Source of the DNA: Sphaerodactylus townsendi | Taxonomy: Eukaryota | Direction: 5' to 3' | Length of the DNA: 64,000 bases | NCBI RefSeq assembly: GCF_021028975.2 | Contig: NC_059427.1 | Location: forward strand, 126,976,001 to 127,040,000 | In this document: in pieces, positions 52,501 through 59,515 of the stretch | How positions within the stretch are numbered: position 1 is the stretch's first letter | How the letters are laid out: every line of letters starts with the position of its first letter | Program-made: the position numbers and the translations under genes | Notes under the pieces: generated by a model | What the model was told of the DNA's origin: nothing | Databases searched by the model: none | What the model saw: the letters and a program-made list of their open reading frames with translations, nothing else

Positions 52501-54918
52501 TTGTGGTCTTTTCCAACTCTATTGTTCGATGAAGATAGCAATAAAACATGTAACACTTAATATGAACACTTCTTGACTATGCTTCAGATATCTCTTGAGT
52601 GTCCTTACATGCCATAATAGCAGAGGTGGGATCCAACCAGTTCTCACCACTTCTCTAGAAGTGGTTAGTAATTTTTTCTGAGTGCTGAGAAGGGGTTACT
52701 AAAGCAACCTCCCTGCCCAATAGGGAGTGGAGTTGCATATGTGCGGCGGCGCCACTGTTTGAATCCCACCACCATCGGAACCTGTTATTTAAATTTTTGG
52801 ATGCCACCACTGCATAATAGTCAGGGCAGGTCCTGAGCTGAGGGTGTCAGGCTTAAGGTATCTTGGCTATTGTAAATCAAGAAAATATTGCCAAACATGG
52901 TTGTTTCTGTCACATTTAGTACACTTTTCTTTATCATTTATTTGTTTAAATATTTATAAACCACTATACAGCTTAATGTGGCCCTTCCCTCCCTCTCTCT
53001 TATTTTCGTATCCCTCTTCCTCGTATCTCTTCAGATCTGTATTCTCACTCTCAGGACTTTTCAGATCTGTTGAACATGAGGTGCAGTCTGTTTTCTTGCC
53101 TCAAGGATAACTCTGGATCCTCACTTATTTAAACCCTCTTTCTGATGACTAAAACCCATTCGTGTGAGTGTTACCCCTGAAACTTATGTGAAGAACAGAT
53201 GAGGAGACAACATTTCTAAAAGAAAATGAATAGAAACAAAATTTTAAAAATCACATAGAGTTCAGAATATACAGCCACTTGTCTTCAGTTCCAGCCCAGT
53301 ACTAGAAAAATAAAAATTAATCAAGGGGGACTATAAACTTGTCTACTGCTGATAAGATTATGAAACATTGGATTTATCAGCTCCAGTGTAATTGTACCAG
53401 TGATAGGTTTCTTTCCTAGCTACCGTACATACTCGCATATAAGTCGCATTTTTCAGCACATTTTTGTGCTGAAAAAGCCCCCCTCGACTTCTACGCGAGT
53501 GAGGTGTATTTTTAAAAATATTTTAGGGTTTTTACTTTGTCGGCCACCAGGGGGCGCAGTTTTTAGGCTAGCAGCACCAATATTTCAGGGATTTTTCAAG
53601 AGACTCTCCTGATGATATCACCCAAGTTTGGTAAAGTTTGGTTCATCTACTATTAGCACCCATTGGAAACAATGGGAGCTAATAGTAGATGAGGCTACAT
53701 TTTGAGGGTCCATAACTTTGGACTCCTTGAACCAAACTTCACCAAACCTGGGTGGTATCATCAGGATAATCTCTTTCTGATACCAGCCAGGTTTGGTGAT
53801 GTTTGGTTTAGGGCAGTAGAATCCTTGGCACTCCAGATAGCTAACTATACCTTCTATCAGCCCCTGCCAGCATGGTCAATTGGCCATGCTGGCAGGGGCT
53901 GATGGGAATTGTAGTCCAAAACATCTGGAATGCCAAAGGTTCGCCACTACGGGTTTAGGGGGTCCAAAGTTATGGATCCCCAAAATGGCTTCTCCCATCA
54001 TCCATTATTTCCAATGGAAGCTAATAGTAGATGGGGACTACCCTTTTGAGGGTCCATAACTTTGGACCCCCTGAATCAAACTTCACCAAACCTGGGTGGT
54101 ATCATCAGGAGGGTCTCCTAAAGATACTCTGAAATGTTGGTACTGCTAACATAAACATTCCTCCCCTGACCAAAAATCCAGTTTTGAAGGATTTTAACAC
54201 TTGTGTTTTAGTTTGGTTGCTGATTGAGCTAAGGTTTTTGTACTTTTAAAGTTATTGTTGAGACCATATTGGCACTACACATCTGCTTCAGATGTATTGG
54301 TCCCAGGTTTTAAGGGCTTAGAGTATCTGCTCATGACTTGCCCAAGGCTGATTTTGTGAGCTACCTTACAGAGATTTGAACCACGGCTTATTTAAACCAG
54401 CGTTTATTAGATTTAGTAAGCTCCAAAGCAATACTTCCCAGTTACTGATGTACTAATATCAGGGTACAGGTTTGTATTGTCCAGTAGTATATGTCCTTTC
54501 ATTGATTTCTTTTGGGGACCTTCTAAAAAATCACTACTGGCCTGTAAACATGGATCTTTCAGTCAGAATAGATTTTAGCCAAACCATTTCTTCTGCCCCA
54601 AAATCCTTTGGAGGTTAATGTTCTTTATGTCCTTGCAGCTTCTTACCTCTAAAGCTTTGTTTCTCTTCTCAGAACCTTACAGAGATTGTGGCCAATCAAG
54701 GACGCCTGAAGCACATGCAGTCAGTGAAGGAAGGGAAATACCACTCACTGTGCCGCACCGAGCTGATGATACGGATTGAACGGCAGAAGCTGGAGACGCG
54801 ACTACATACCATTAACGTCATCATCCATCAAATCCTGCAGGAGTGTCCTCAGTACCACAAGTTTTTGCAAAGACTCAGCCAAGCTTTGCATTCCAGGCTG
54901 GGGACGCAAACAGTGTAG
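11591..54918 (+). CDS. CCDC40: Coiled-coil domain-containing protein 40 (axonemal 96-nm ruler subunit); 21 coding exons, about 1228 aa
   Basis: Spliced exons give one open frame with recognisable CCDC40 peptides ([70 protein letters not shown]); all GT-AG, phases consistent; lies directly upstream of GAA as in other amniotes. Confidence 0.96.
12139..12178. repeat. (GT)n microsatellite
   Basis: Direct observation. Confidence 0.95.
12365..12424. repeat. (TCTG)n microsatellite
   Basis: Direct observation. Confidence 0.95.
13258..13324 (+). CDS. CCDC40: CCDC40 exon 2 ([22 protein letters not shown]), 67 nt, phase 2 to 0
   Basis: AAG acceptor, GGG|GTAATG donor; acidic open frame that bridges the phase-2 end of exon 1 to phase 0. 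Confidence 0.6.
14085..14670 (+). mobile_element. 5S rRNA-derived SINE interrupted by a hAT MITE
   Basis: 5S-like head (TGATCTC...TCTCAGAAGCTAAACAAGG...TACTTGGAAGGGAGACC); body resumes after the insertion; (CA)-rich tail. Confidence 0.7.
14199..14602. mobile_element. Non-autonomous hAT transposon with internal hairpin
   Basis: TIRs CAGAGGCATAGCT / AGCTCTGCCTCTG; perfect 8-bp TSD GCTTAATG (14191-14198, 14603-14610); internal inverted repeat at about 14312-14440. Confidence 0.85.
16840..17100. mobile_element. Tc1/mariner-type non-autonomous element
   Basis: TA-flanked imperfect TIRs CCATGTTTCCCTGAAAATAGGAC / GTCTTATTTTTGGGGAAACGG; internal repeated CTTATTTT motifs. Confidence 0.7.
17465..17521 (+). 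CDS. CCDC40: CCDC40 exon 3 ([19 protein letters not shown]), 57 nt, symmetric phase 0
   Basis: TAG acceptor, GCA|GTGAGT donor, open acidic frame. Confidence 0.55.
18571..18713. other. Assembly gap (run of N)
   Basis: 143 N characters. Confidence 1.
18800..19450 (+). CDS. CCDC40: CCDC40 exon 4, 651 nt, acidic Glu/Gly/Ala tandem repeat
   Basis: TTTTTTAG acceptor, GAG|GTGAGT donor, 217 open codons in frame with ORF 18908-19462. Confidence 0.8.
18825..19372 (+). repeat. Coding minisatellite, 36-bp (12-aa) unit EEGAEG(G/A)P(T/M)A(A/S)(V/I/M) with 72-bp higher-order period
   Basis: CATTGAAGAAGG recurs at 18871, 18943 and 19015; about 15 units decaying toward the 3' end. Confidence 0.9.
20263..20403. 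mobile_element. Short TIR element (PIF/Harbinger-like MITE)
   Basis: TIRs GGCTCATTCCGCACATGCAGAATAATGC / GCATTATTTTGCGTGTGCGGAAGGGGCC; second copy at 34306-34446. Confidence 0.75.
20980..21130 (+). CDS. CCDC40: CCDC40 exon 5 ([11 protein letters not shown]...VRKKP), 151 nt, phase 0 to 1
   Basis: AAG acceptor after a T-tract, CAG|GTACTT donor, open frame; phase fits the neighbouring exons. Confidence 0.6.
21290..21437. mobile_element. Fully palindromic hAT MITE (~148 bp hairpin)
   Basis: Self-complementary around CCAATTGG; TSD TATTAGGA / CATTAGGA; sister copies at 32139, 53814 and 60501. Confidence 0.9.
24352..24562. mobile_element. Non-autonomous hAT-type element
   Basis: Imperfect TIRs TAGGCTGACCAG / CTGGTTACCTTA and subterminal GTCCC repeats; no clean TSD. 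Confidence 0.55.
24830..25520 (-). mobile_element. L2-type LINE 3' fragment hosting a nested MITE
   Basis: Squamate L2-like 3' end (TTTATATCCCACCC...GGGCTCAGGGCGG; GAGCTCATTCCACCAGGTGGGGGCC). Confidence 0.6.
25098..25346. mobile_element. GC-rich PIF/Harbinger-like MITE
   Basis: Perfect 19-bp TIRs GGTTGTTTCCCCACTTACC / GGTAAGTGGGGAAACAACC; 3-bp TSD ACA. Confidence 0.85.
25783..25955 (+). CDS. CCDC40: CCDC40 exon 6 (...[13 protein letters not shown]), 173 nt, phase 1 to 0
   Basis: Ends in the conserved LVVLDP.H; donor CAT|GTAAG; the 5' boundary was chosen by phase. Confidence 0.8.
27767..27850 (+). CDS. CCDC40: CCDC40 exon 7, 84 nt
   Basis: [28 protein letters not shown]; GT-AG. Confidence 0.93.
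27939..28158 (+). CDS. CCDC40: CCDC40 exon 8, 220 nt
   Basis: [25 protein letters not shown]...ERKK; GT-AG. Confidence 0.93.
28161..28850 (+). mobile_element. tRNA-derived SINE starting at intron position +3, split by a hAT element
   Basis: Head GAGCAGCAGTGGCGTAGTGGTTAAGAGCAGG matches the copies at 32979 and 38255; body resumes at about 28643. Confidence 0.85.
28244..28634. mobile_element. Non-autonomous hAT element nested in the SINE
   Basis: TIRs CAGTGATGGCGAACC / GGTTTGCCACTGCTG; degenerate TSD ACTTAAAC / GCTTAATC. Confidence 0.8.
29515..29700. mobile_element. SPIN/URR1-like non-autonomous hAT transposon
   Basis: Perfect 16-bp TIR CAGTGGTTCTCAACCT; perfect TSD GTCTAGAG; ends resemble the URR1/SPIN MITE consensus as I recall it (CCTTTAATACAGTTCCTCATGTTGTGGTGACCCCCAACC; GCGACCCCTGTGAAAGGGTC). 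Confidence 0.85.
30296..30453 (+). CDS. CCDC40: CCDC40 exon 9, 158 nt
   Basis: [28 protein letters not shown]...EKQKQ; GT-AG. Confidence 0.95.
30834..30956 (+). CDS. CCDC40: CCDC40 exon 10, 123 nt
   Basis: [41 protein letters not shown]; GT-AG. Confidence 0.93.
30985..31580. mobile_element. Degraded Charlie-type hAT element
   Basis: Left GAACTCATTTGATGTGAGGGCCGG, right CATGTTTGACACCCCG; GC-rich interior. Confidence 0.5.
32139..32280. mobile_element. Palindromic hAT MITE
   Basis: Near-perfect hairpin centred on GGCCAATTGGCC; flanking GCCCAAG duplication. Confidence 0.9.
32979..33275 (+). mobile_element. tRNA-derived SINE (Squam3-like)
   Basis: Same family as 38255; CTAATC on both flanks. 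Confidence 0.85.
33440..33830 (+). mobile_element. L2/CR1-type LINE reverse-transcriptase C-terminal fragment (degraded)
   Basis: Peptide remnants [25 protein letters not shown] and [15 protein letters not shown], typical of the L2 ORF2 end. Confidence 0.75.
34306..34446. mobile_element. Harbinger-like MITE (copy of the 20263 element)
   Basis: High identity to 20263-20403 with the same TIRs. Confidence 0.75.
34976..35097 (+). CDS. CCDC40: CCDC40 exon 11, 122 nt
   Basis: [40 protein letters not shown]; GT-AG. Confidence 0.94.
36785..37028 (+). CDS. CCDC40: CCDC40 exon 12, 244 nt
   Basis: [34 protein letters not shown]...RTNT; GT-AG. Confidence 0.95.
37144..37326 (+). CDS. CCDC40: CCDC40 exon 13, 183 nt
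   Basis: DRTARLNDL...[15 protein letters not shown]...MMDL; GT-AG. Confidence 0.94.
37950..38200. repeat. Degenerate ~31-bp tandem repeat (GCTCACAGAGCTTTGACACTCT-like)
   Basis: About seven diverged units visible by eye. Confidence 0.6.
38255..38572 (+). mobile_element. tRNA-derived SINE (Squam3-like) with duplicated head segment
   Basis: AGTGGCTAAGAGC occurs twice in the head; TCTAG on both flanks; CT-rich tail. Confidence 0.85.
38641..38732. repeat. Compound (TC)n(AC)n microsatellite
   Basis: Direct observation. Confidence 0.9.
39561..40190. mobile_element. Longer relative of the 25098 Harbinger-like element, containing a 240-bp palindrome
   Basis: Left end TTTCCCCACTTACCG and the following ~150 bp resemble 25102-25220; inverted repeat at 39789-40028; right boundary uncertain. 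Confidence 0.65.
40275..40472 (+). mobile_element. 5S rRNA-derived SINE
   Basis: CCTGATCTTGCCGGATCTGAGAAGTTAAGCAGAAGGGCCCTGGTCAATACTTGGATGAGAGCC matches the 5S internal control region; body as at 14085; followed by (TCTG)n/(TC)n. Confidence 0.75.
40764..41009 (+). CDS. CCDC40: CCDC40 exon 14, 246 nt
   Basis: [21 protein letters not shown]...[32 protein letters not shown]; GT-AG. Confidence 0.95.
42187..42830. mobile_element. GC-rich non-autonomous hAT transposon
   Basis: TIRs CAGATGCGTACCG / CGGTACCCCTCTG; perfect TSD GTCAGCTT (42179-42186, 42831-42838). Confidence 0.85.
43121..43334 (+). CDS. CCDC40: CCDC40 exon 15, 214 nt
   Basis: [20 protein letters not shown]...EQKKVRTE; GT-AG. Confidence 0.95.
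43369..43680. mobile_element. Charlie-type non-autonomous hAT element
   Basis: Perfect TSD GATTAGAT (43361-43368, 43681-43688); ends GGGGAAC / GTTCCCCACCC. Confidence 0.8.
44561..44730 (+). CDS. CCDC40: CCDC40 exon 16, 170 nt
   Basis: [26 protein letters not shown]...ENEFVLALK; GT-AG. Confidence 0.95.
45562..45653 (+). CDS. CCDC40: CCDC40 exon 17, 92 nt
   Basis: [30 protein letters not shown]; GT-AG. Confidence 0.92.
46009..46313 (+). mobile_element. tRNA-derived SINE (Squam3-like)
   Basis: Same subfamily as 6832. Confidence 0.85.
46752..46872 (+). CDS. CCDC40: CCDC40 exon 18, 121 nt
   Basis: [40 protein letters not shown]; GT-AG. Confidence 0.94.
47316..47575. mobile_element. Tigger/Tc1-mariner-type non-autonomous element
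   Basis: TA|CAGTCAAACCTCGGT ... ACCGAGGTTTG TIRs; CpG-rich interior. Confidence 0.7.
49389..49577 (+). CDS. CCDC40: CCDC40 exon 19, 189 nt
   Basis: [27 protein letters not shown]...KKKIKEIQK; GT-AG. Confidence 0.95.
50136..50764. mobile_element. GC-rich hAT-type element with a long internal inverted repeat
   Basis: Ends CAGTAGCGTA / TACGCCTCTG, same TIR type as 14199 and 42187; inverted repeat at about 50355-50682; TSD degenerate. Confidence 0.7.
51299..51457 (+). CDS. CCDC40: CCDC40 exon 20, 159 nt
   Basis: [29 protein letters not shown]...QEKKLH; GT-AG. Confidence 0.93.
52621..52812. mobile_element. Non-autonomous hAT element
   Basis: TIRs CAGAGGTGGGATCCAA / TTGGATGCCACCACTG; perfect TSD CATAATAG. 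Confidence 0.85.
53421..54190. mobile_element. Tc1/mariner-type element fragment with an internal direct repeat, hosting a MITE
   Basis: 5' end TACCGTACATACTCGCATATAAGTCG; repeated TTTTGAGGGTCCATAACTTTGGA...AAACTTCACCAAACCTGGGTGGTATCATCAGGA at about 53700 and 54044. Confidence 0.6.
53814..53952. mobile_element. Palindromic hAT MITE (nested)
   Basis: Perfect TSD GTTTAGGG (53806-53813, 53953-53960); same family as 21290. Confidence 0.85.
54673..54918 (+). CDS. CCDC40: CCDC40 exon 21 (terminal coding exon), 246 nt including TAG
   Basis: [28 protein letters not shown]...LGTQTV*. Confidence 0.94.
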   Translation, partial: NLTEIVANQGRLKHMQSVKEGKYHSLCRTELMIRIERQKLETRLHTINVIIHQILQECPQYHKFLQRLSQALHSRLGTQTV

Positions 54919-54968
54919 CAGAGGGCAGAGAATCAGAGCTGGAACTTTTTCATTTTGGAAAAGTTACA

Positions 54969-54974
54969 AATAAA
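54969..54974 (+). terminator. Putative CCDC40 polyadenylation signal AATAAA
   Basis: Canonical hexamer 50 nt after the stop codon. Confidence 0.6.
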
Positions 54975-55246
54975 ATACATTTGAGAATGAGTGCAAGACT
55001 ATAGTCTCATGTCTGGCATGGGGAGAGTATATAAAAAGAAAGAAAAGCAAGTTGTGGGCCTGGACCCAGGTTGGCAGCAGATTTAATTTAGGGTTGGCAG
55101 CAGATTTAATTTAGTGGGCCAGTGGTGAATTTTCATCTCCTTCAAACAATCTTCTAAGCACTTCCGGTTTGTGCTTTGCTTTAAAATTCAAGGACAGTCA
55201 CTAATCTCAGAGTTCAGCTGCATTTTGAATTCTTGGTAGTTTGTTG

Positions 55247-55383
55247 CAGTGGGTGGTATTCAAATAATGTAACAACCGGTTGCAGTGGTGAGATTTAAAT
55301 AATTTAACAACTAATTGTTTACAAGCACCATTTTAACAACCTGTTCTGCCAAAGTGGTGTGAACCTGCTGAATCCCACCACTG
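55247..55383. mobile_element. Short hAT-type MITE
   Basis: Ends CAGTGGGTGGTATTCA / TGAATCCCACCACTG; TSD GTTTGTTG / GTTTCTTG. Confidence 0.75.
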
Positions 55384-57182
55384 GTTTCTTGGAAAGGAAT
55401 GTTGGAATAACTTGTCACAGACAGCAATACTAATTCCATTTTTCTGATACTGTTCTCATTTAGGATTTCACACTGTTTAGTTCCTCATTCACGTAGATGA
55501 CGTTTCACACTGTTCCATATTGTGTAAAAAGAGATATTCACAGTTGCACACCTTGTTTATCTTTGCTGTGTTAGCATGTTTATTTTCAGAGGGTAACCAT
55601 TTTGGTCTATAATACAACAGTTAGATTGGAGTCTAGTAGCCCTTTATAGACCAACAACATTTCAGGATGTAAGCTTTTAAGAGTCAAAGCTCCTTTTGAG
55701 CCCCATCCAGGACAGGAGCAAATTGGCCAGAGGAAGTGGCATGTGGATGTACCGGTGGATTTGCTCTCCTGGGGGCACTTGCCCTGGCAAAGGAGTGATT
55801 CCACTGGCATGCAGCTGCTGCCCCTCCCCCAGAACTGGGATGCCTCTCCACGCCATCCAGAAGCCTCTTTGGGGCGGCAGCCAGATGTGACAGTGGCCAG
55901 GCACCCGGTTCTTGGATGGAGTTTTAAGTCAGCTCAGCAAAATTCAAGCATGATGGAGGACTGGCTGGCAGCGTCCCACCCTCCCTCTTTTTCAGCAATT
56001 CAGTTCCCAGAATCGTTGGAGAATAAGGTGTATAGCTCATTTTAACAAAGGATGTTCCCAGGTTGGTATATTTTGTTCCCAAACAAAAACAGAATTTGAA
56101 CACAACGCTCTGTGTTGCAACTGGTTTATCATGACTTGAAGAATATTGTCCTGCTTGTGCGGTCCAACTCAATGAGCAGCCTTAACAGGGTCAGCCCTTT
56201 TCTGCGTAGGAGTACTGAGCAAGATCTGAAATGAAACTCATAATTTATATATGTTGGTCCCCATCAGAACTGACTTAAAATTGATGTGTTTTGCACCCAG
56301 AAATGCATTCCCAAGTACAACATGTGTTGCATAAAGCAAGCCTTTGCCCTTTGTATATACGCCATTTTGAAAACACGCACACTCTTTGACTATGTGCCTT
56401 TGTCCTTTAGATGCAGACCAATAGTAGAAAACAGCAAGAGGCAGATGATTATATTCTGATTCTTTTACAGGGGCTGGCGAGAAACCTGAAGCTACCACAA
56501 GGGGGCAGAGTATTGCCAAGTGTTGCTAATAGACATGATAATGCTTGGGTTCATATACTCACTCTGCCATCAAGTTAAATGGATGGACTTAGAACAATCA
56601 CTTCTAATCTAACTCATGGATTTGTTGTGAGACTAAGTAACAAAGAGGAATCATGTATGCAATCTGGATTATAATTCCAGATGAGAAGCCATATTGGTTT
56701 GAAGCAGCAAAATAAAACAGGAGTCCTCTGGCATTTTAGAACTAGCAAAGTTTATTTCAGAATAAGCTTTTATGTGACAGTACTCACCACCAGATTCTTG
56801 GAGGAAGAAGGGCAAGTTTTTTAAAGTCTAGGTTACAACTTTTGCCCTAACAGAACACATTTTTATGTTACAAATTGGGCTACACTCTTGAAGAGAGACC
56901 ACAAATATCCTGGATGGTTTTTAATCTGGCTTTGTTTTGTTGTGTGATTGTCTTGATTCAATTTATATTTAGCTGAGTACAAATACATTAAGAGACATAC
57001 CTTCTCTTGAAATGCAGCAATGCCACCATCCTGAAGTGTGATATGGACAGTGTCTAAAATAATATTACTCAAATTTAGCAGAAGAATCCAGGAGATTATT
57101 GTGATAATTTAGTGACAGCTCCTCATTTTATACCTGCCTAGTTGCAACCTTCAGTCATACGACCCTTAAAACCTCCCTACAT

Positions 57183-57592
57183 AGAAGAAGAGTTGGATTT
57201 ATATCCTCTCTTTCCAGAGGCGTAGCACCCCTGTGGTGGGGGCGTTCTGGGGTGGGCGGTGCCACCATGGCAGGGGCGCAGAGCACGTGCATGCTCTGGG
57301 CGCAGTTCCCTCTCGCTCTGCCCCTTTTTCTCCTGCAAGGAGACTCAAAGGGGCTTACAAACTCCGTTCCCTTCCCCCCTCACAACAAACACCCTGTGAG
57401 GTAGGTGGAACTGAGAGAGCTCAGAAGAACTGTGACTAGCCCAAGGTCACCCAGCTGGCATGTGTTGGAATGCACAAGCTAATCTAGGTCACCAGATAAG
57501 CTTCCACAGCTCAAGCCGCAGAGCAGGGACTCAAACCCCGACCCTCCAGATTAGAGTACACCTGCTCTTAACCACTGCGCCACTGCTGCTCC
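57183..57592 (-). mobile_element. tRNA-derived SINE with a small GC-rich hAT MITE (about 57215-57325) inserted in its tail
   Basis: Reverse complement of the 28161/38255 family; CCCTACAT on both flanks; insert begins CAGAGGCGTAGC. Confidence 0.8.
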
Positions 57593-57654
57593 CTACATTT
57601 CCAAACATGCATTTCCACCTGCAACCCCTCCCCACCCCGCTCTAAAGGAGCAGA

Positions 57655-57845
57655 ACTGACCTGGATAGTCCCAAACTAGCCTGATCTCGTTAGATCTCCC
57701 AAGTTAAGCACGGTCAGCCTGGCAACTATTATCTGAATGGGAAAATTTAAGGAATGCCAGGTGGGTGACGCAGGCAACGGCAACCCGCCGATGAAGTTTG
57801 CATACGGGCTCGCCATAACTCAGCTTTGACTTGACAGCAAAAAAA
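57655..57845 (+). mobile_element. Degenerate 5S rRNA-derived SINE abutting the GAA promoter
   Basis: CCTGATCTCGTTAGATCTCCCAAGTTAAGCACGGTCAGCC 5S-like head; GCCATAACTCAGCTTTGACTTGACAGCA end as at 40441. Confidence 0.65.
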
Positions 57846-57870
57846 GGGGGGGGGAGAGAGAACGGAATGG

Positions 57871-57901
57871 GTCACATGACTGGTTGCTCCTGTCACGTGA
57901 T
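57871..57901. promoter_or_regulatory. Tandem CLEAR/E-box elements (TFEB/MiT-TFE type) in the GAA promoter
   Basis: GTCACATGAC (57871-57880) and GTCACGTGAT (57892-57901) directly upstream of a lysosomal hydrolase first exon. Confidence 0.8.
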
Positions 57902-57904
57902 CGT

Positions 57905-57970
57905 TCCGGAATTTTGAACTTGGCTGTTCTGTGCTGGTTGCAGGAGGAGCAGAGTGCAGGTCGCCCCAGG
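57905..57970 (+). other. GAA: GAA non-coding exon 1 (start approximate)
   Basis: CpG-rich, follows the CLEAR boxes, strong donor AGG|GTGAGT at 57971; GAA exon 1 is non-coding in mammals. Confidence 0.65.
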
Positions 57971-58972
57971 GTGAGTCTTGCAGCGGCAGGAACGAGGGCG
58001 GCTCCTTTGAGGTCCACTCCCTCCGGAGCGAGCTCGGGCTTTCTTGCTCTGAAATTCCGATACTAAAATTCCCCTAAGAATATTATTATTATTATACGGA
58101 AAGAAAATGGGAATTTCTAGGGATTTTTTCCCCCCTTGGTAGAGCTTCTGTACCTTCCACAGACAGGGAAATCCAAAGACGAAACTGTTTTTAATTACTG
58201 CACTTCCTTGCTGGGGATGCTTGCACCTGCCGGTTTTCTGGCGAATTTATTGGAAATTGCATGTGAAATTAGGTCACCGCCCAACCCCACCGCCCCGTCC
58301 CTTTTCTGTAGAGCGGAGAAACCGGAAGAAGAGCAAGGAATTTACCGAGGCTAAGTTAGAAAAGTATTCCATTCTATTATAAATGAATGTTTTGTGGATG
58401 GCTGAATGAATAGGTGCTTTAATAGGGACAACTAAATGCTGGAAAGCAGTATTAGATGTGTGTGGAGGGTGAGTTCTGGGTTAATTATGTAGGGTCACCA
58501 TGAGTCGAAACCAGACTTTGCACTGCTGTATGGTCTGCATCCTCTCACCGACACTGTCCCCAGAATCTGTCGGTGTATGATTTGGAGTGCTCCAAAACTT
58601 ATTTTGGGATACTGCTGCTTCTGGTTTCATAACCTTCATTTCTTCTGGAGGCACCCTGCTTTGAAGCAGTTTGCACAGAAACCAGGCTTTGGACCAAGGA
58701 ATGGTAAACATCTCCTTGTAGAGCAGAGTCTCTGAATGTGGAAACACATATTTTTGGTGGCCTAACATTTGGGGTGCAGAATTCTAAAAGTTTTATCAGT
58801 ACTTGTGTTTAAACTTAGAAATAAGACACTAGGAGCTGTAAACAAGGAAGTTAGAACTGGCTTTAGCTTCATTAGCCTTTGTTCCTGATGTTCCTATTTC
58901 TGCCTTTTGTCTGCAGAGATAAGTTTTGCATCTGTTGAGAAGTGCACACCTGTCCTCTCCTTGCTGGTTGCA

Positions 58973-59515
58973 ATGATAATGACCGAGAAGACTGAGCAGA
59001 AAAGGCTGTGCAAGATCCTGAAGGTTTTGGCTATCACGGCAGTGGTTACTGTGCTCAGTGTCCATGGCATTACTTTGGCAGTCACGAGCCCTACAGTCAC
59101 TTCCCAGTTGTGGGATGTTTATAGGGGTGAGAACAAAGGCAGAGAAGAAGCGGCACAAGAACAGACATTTGTGGAGCAGGCAGAATCCTCCAAAGGCTCT
59201 GTCTTGCAGCCTACAACCTGTGACATCCCTCCCGACAGGCGCTTTGATTGTGCCCCAGAAAAGCTCATCTCTCAAAAAGAATGTCAGGCTCGGGGCTGCT
59301 GTTACATCCCCGTTTCTCACGTGGATTCTACCACAGGGAGTCCGTGGTGCTTTTTCCCTCCCAACTATCCAAGTTACAAGATGAAGAACCTGACTGCCAC
59401 TGAAACTGGCTATACTGCCCGCTTGACCCGTGATACGCCCACTTTTCTCCCAGATGACATAATGAACTTGCAGCTGGATGTGATGTTTGAGACAGAGGGT
59501 AGGCTTCACTTCACA
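58973..59515 (+). CDS. GAA: GAA exon 2 coding part (exon starts at 58917): signal sequence and trefoil (P-type) domain
   Basis: [29 protein letters not shown]...[12 protein letters not shown]...RLHFT; donor ACA|GTGAGT; ATG could alternatively be 58979. Confidence 0.93.

Noticed and set aside
58829-59509. 226-aa minus-strand ORF
   Set aside because: Antisense shadow of GAA exon 2 with no recognisable domain
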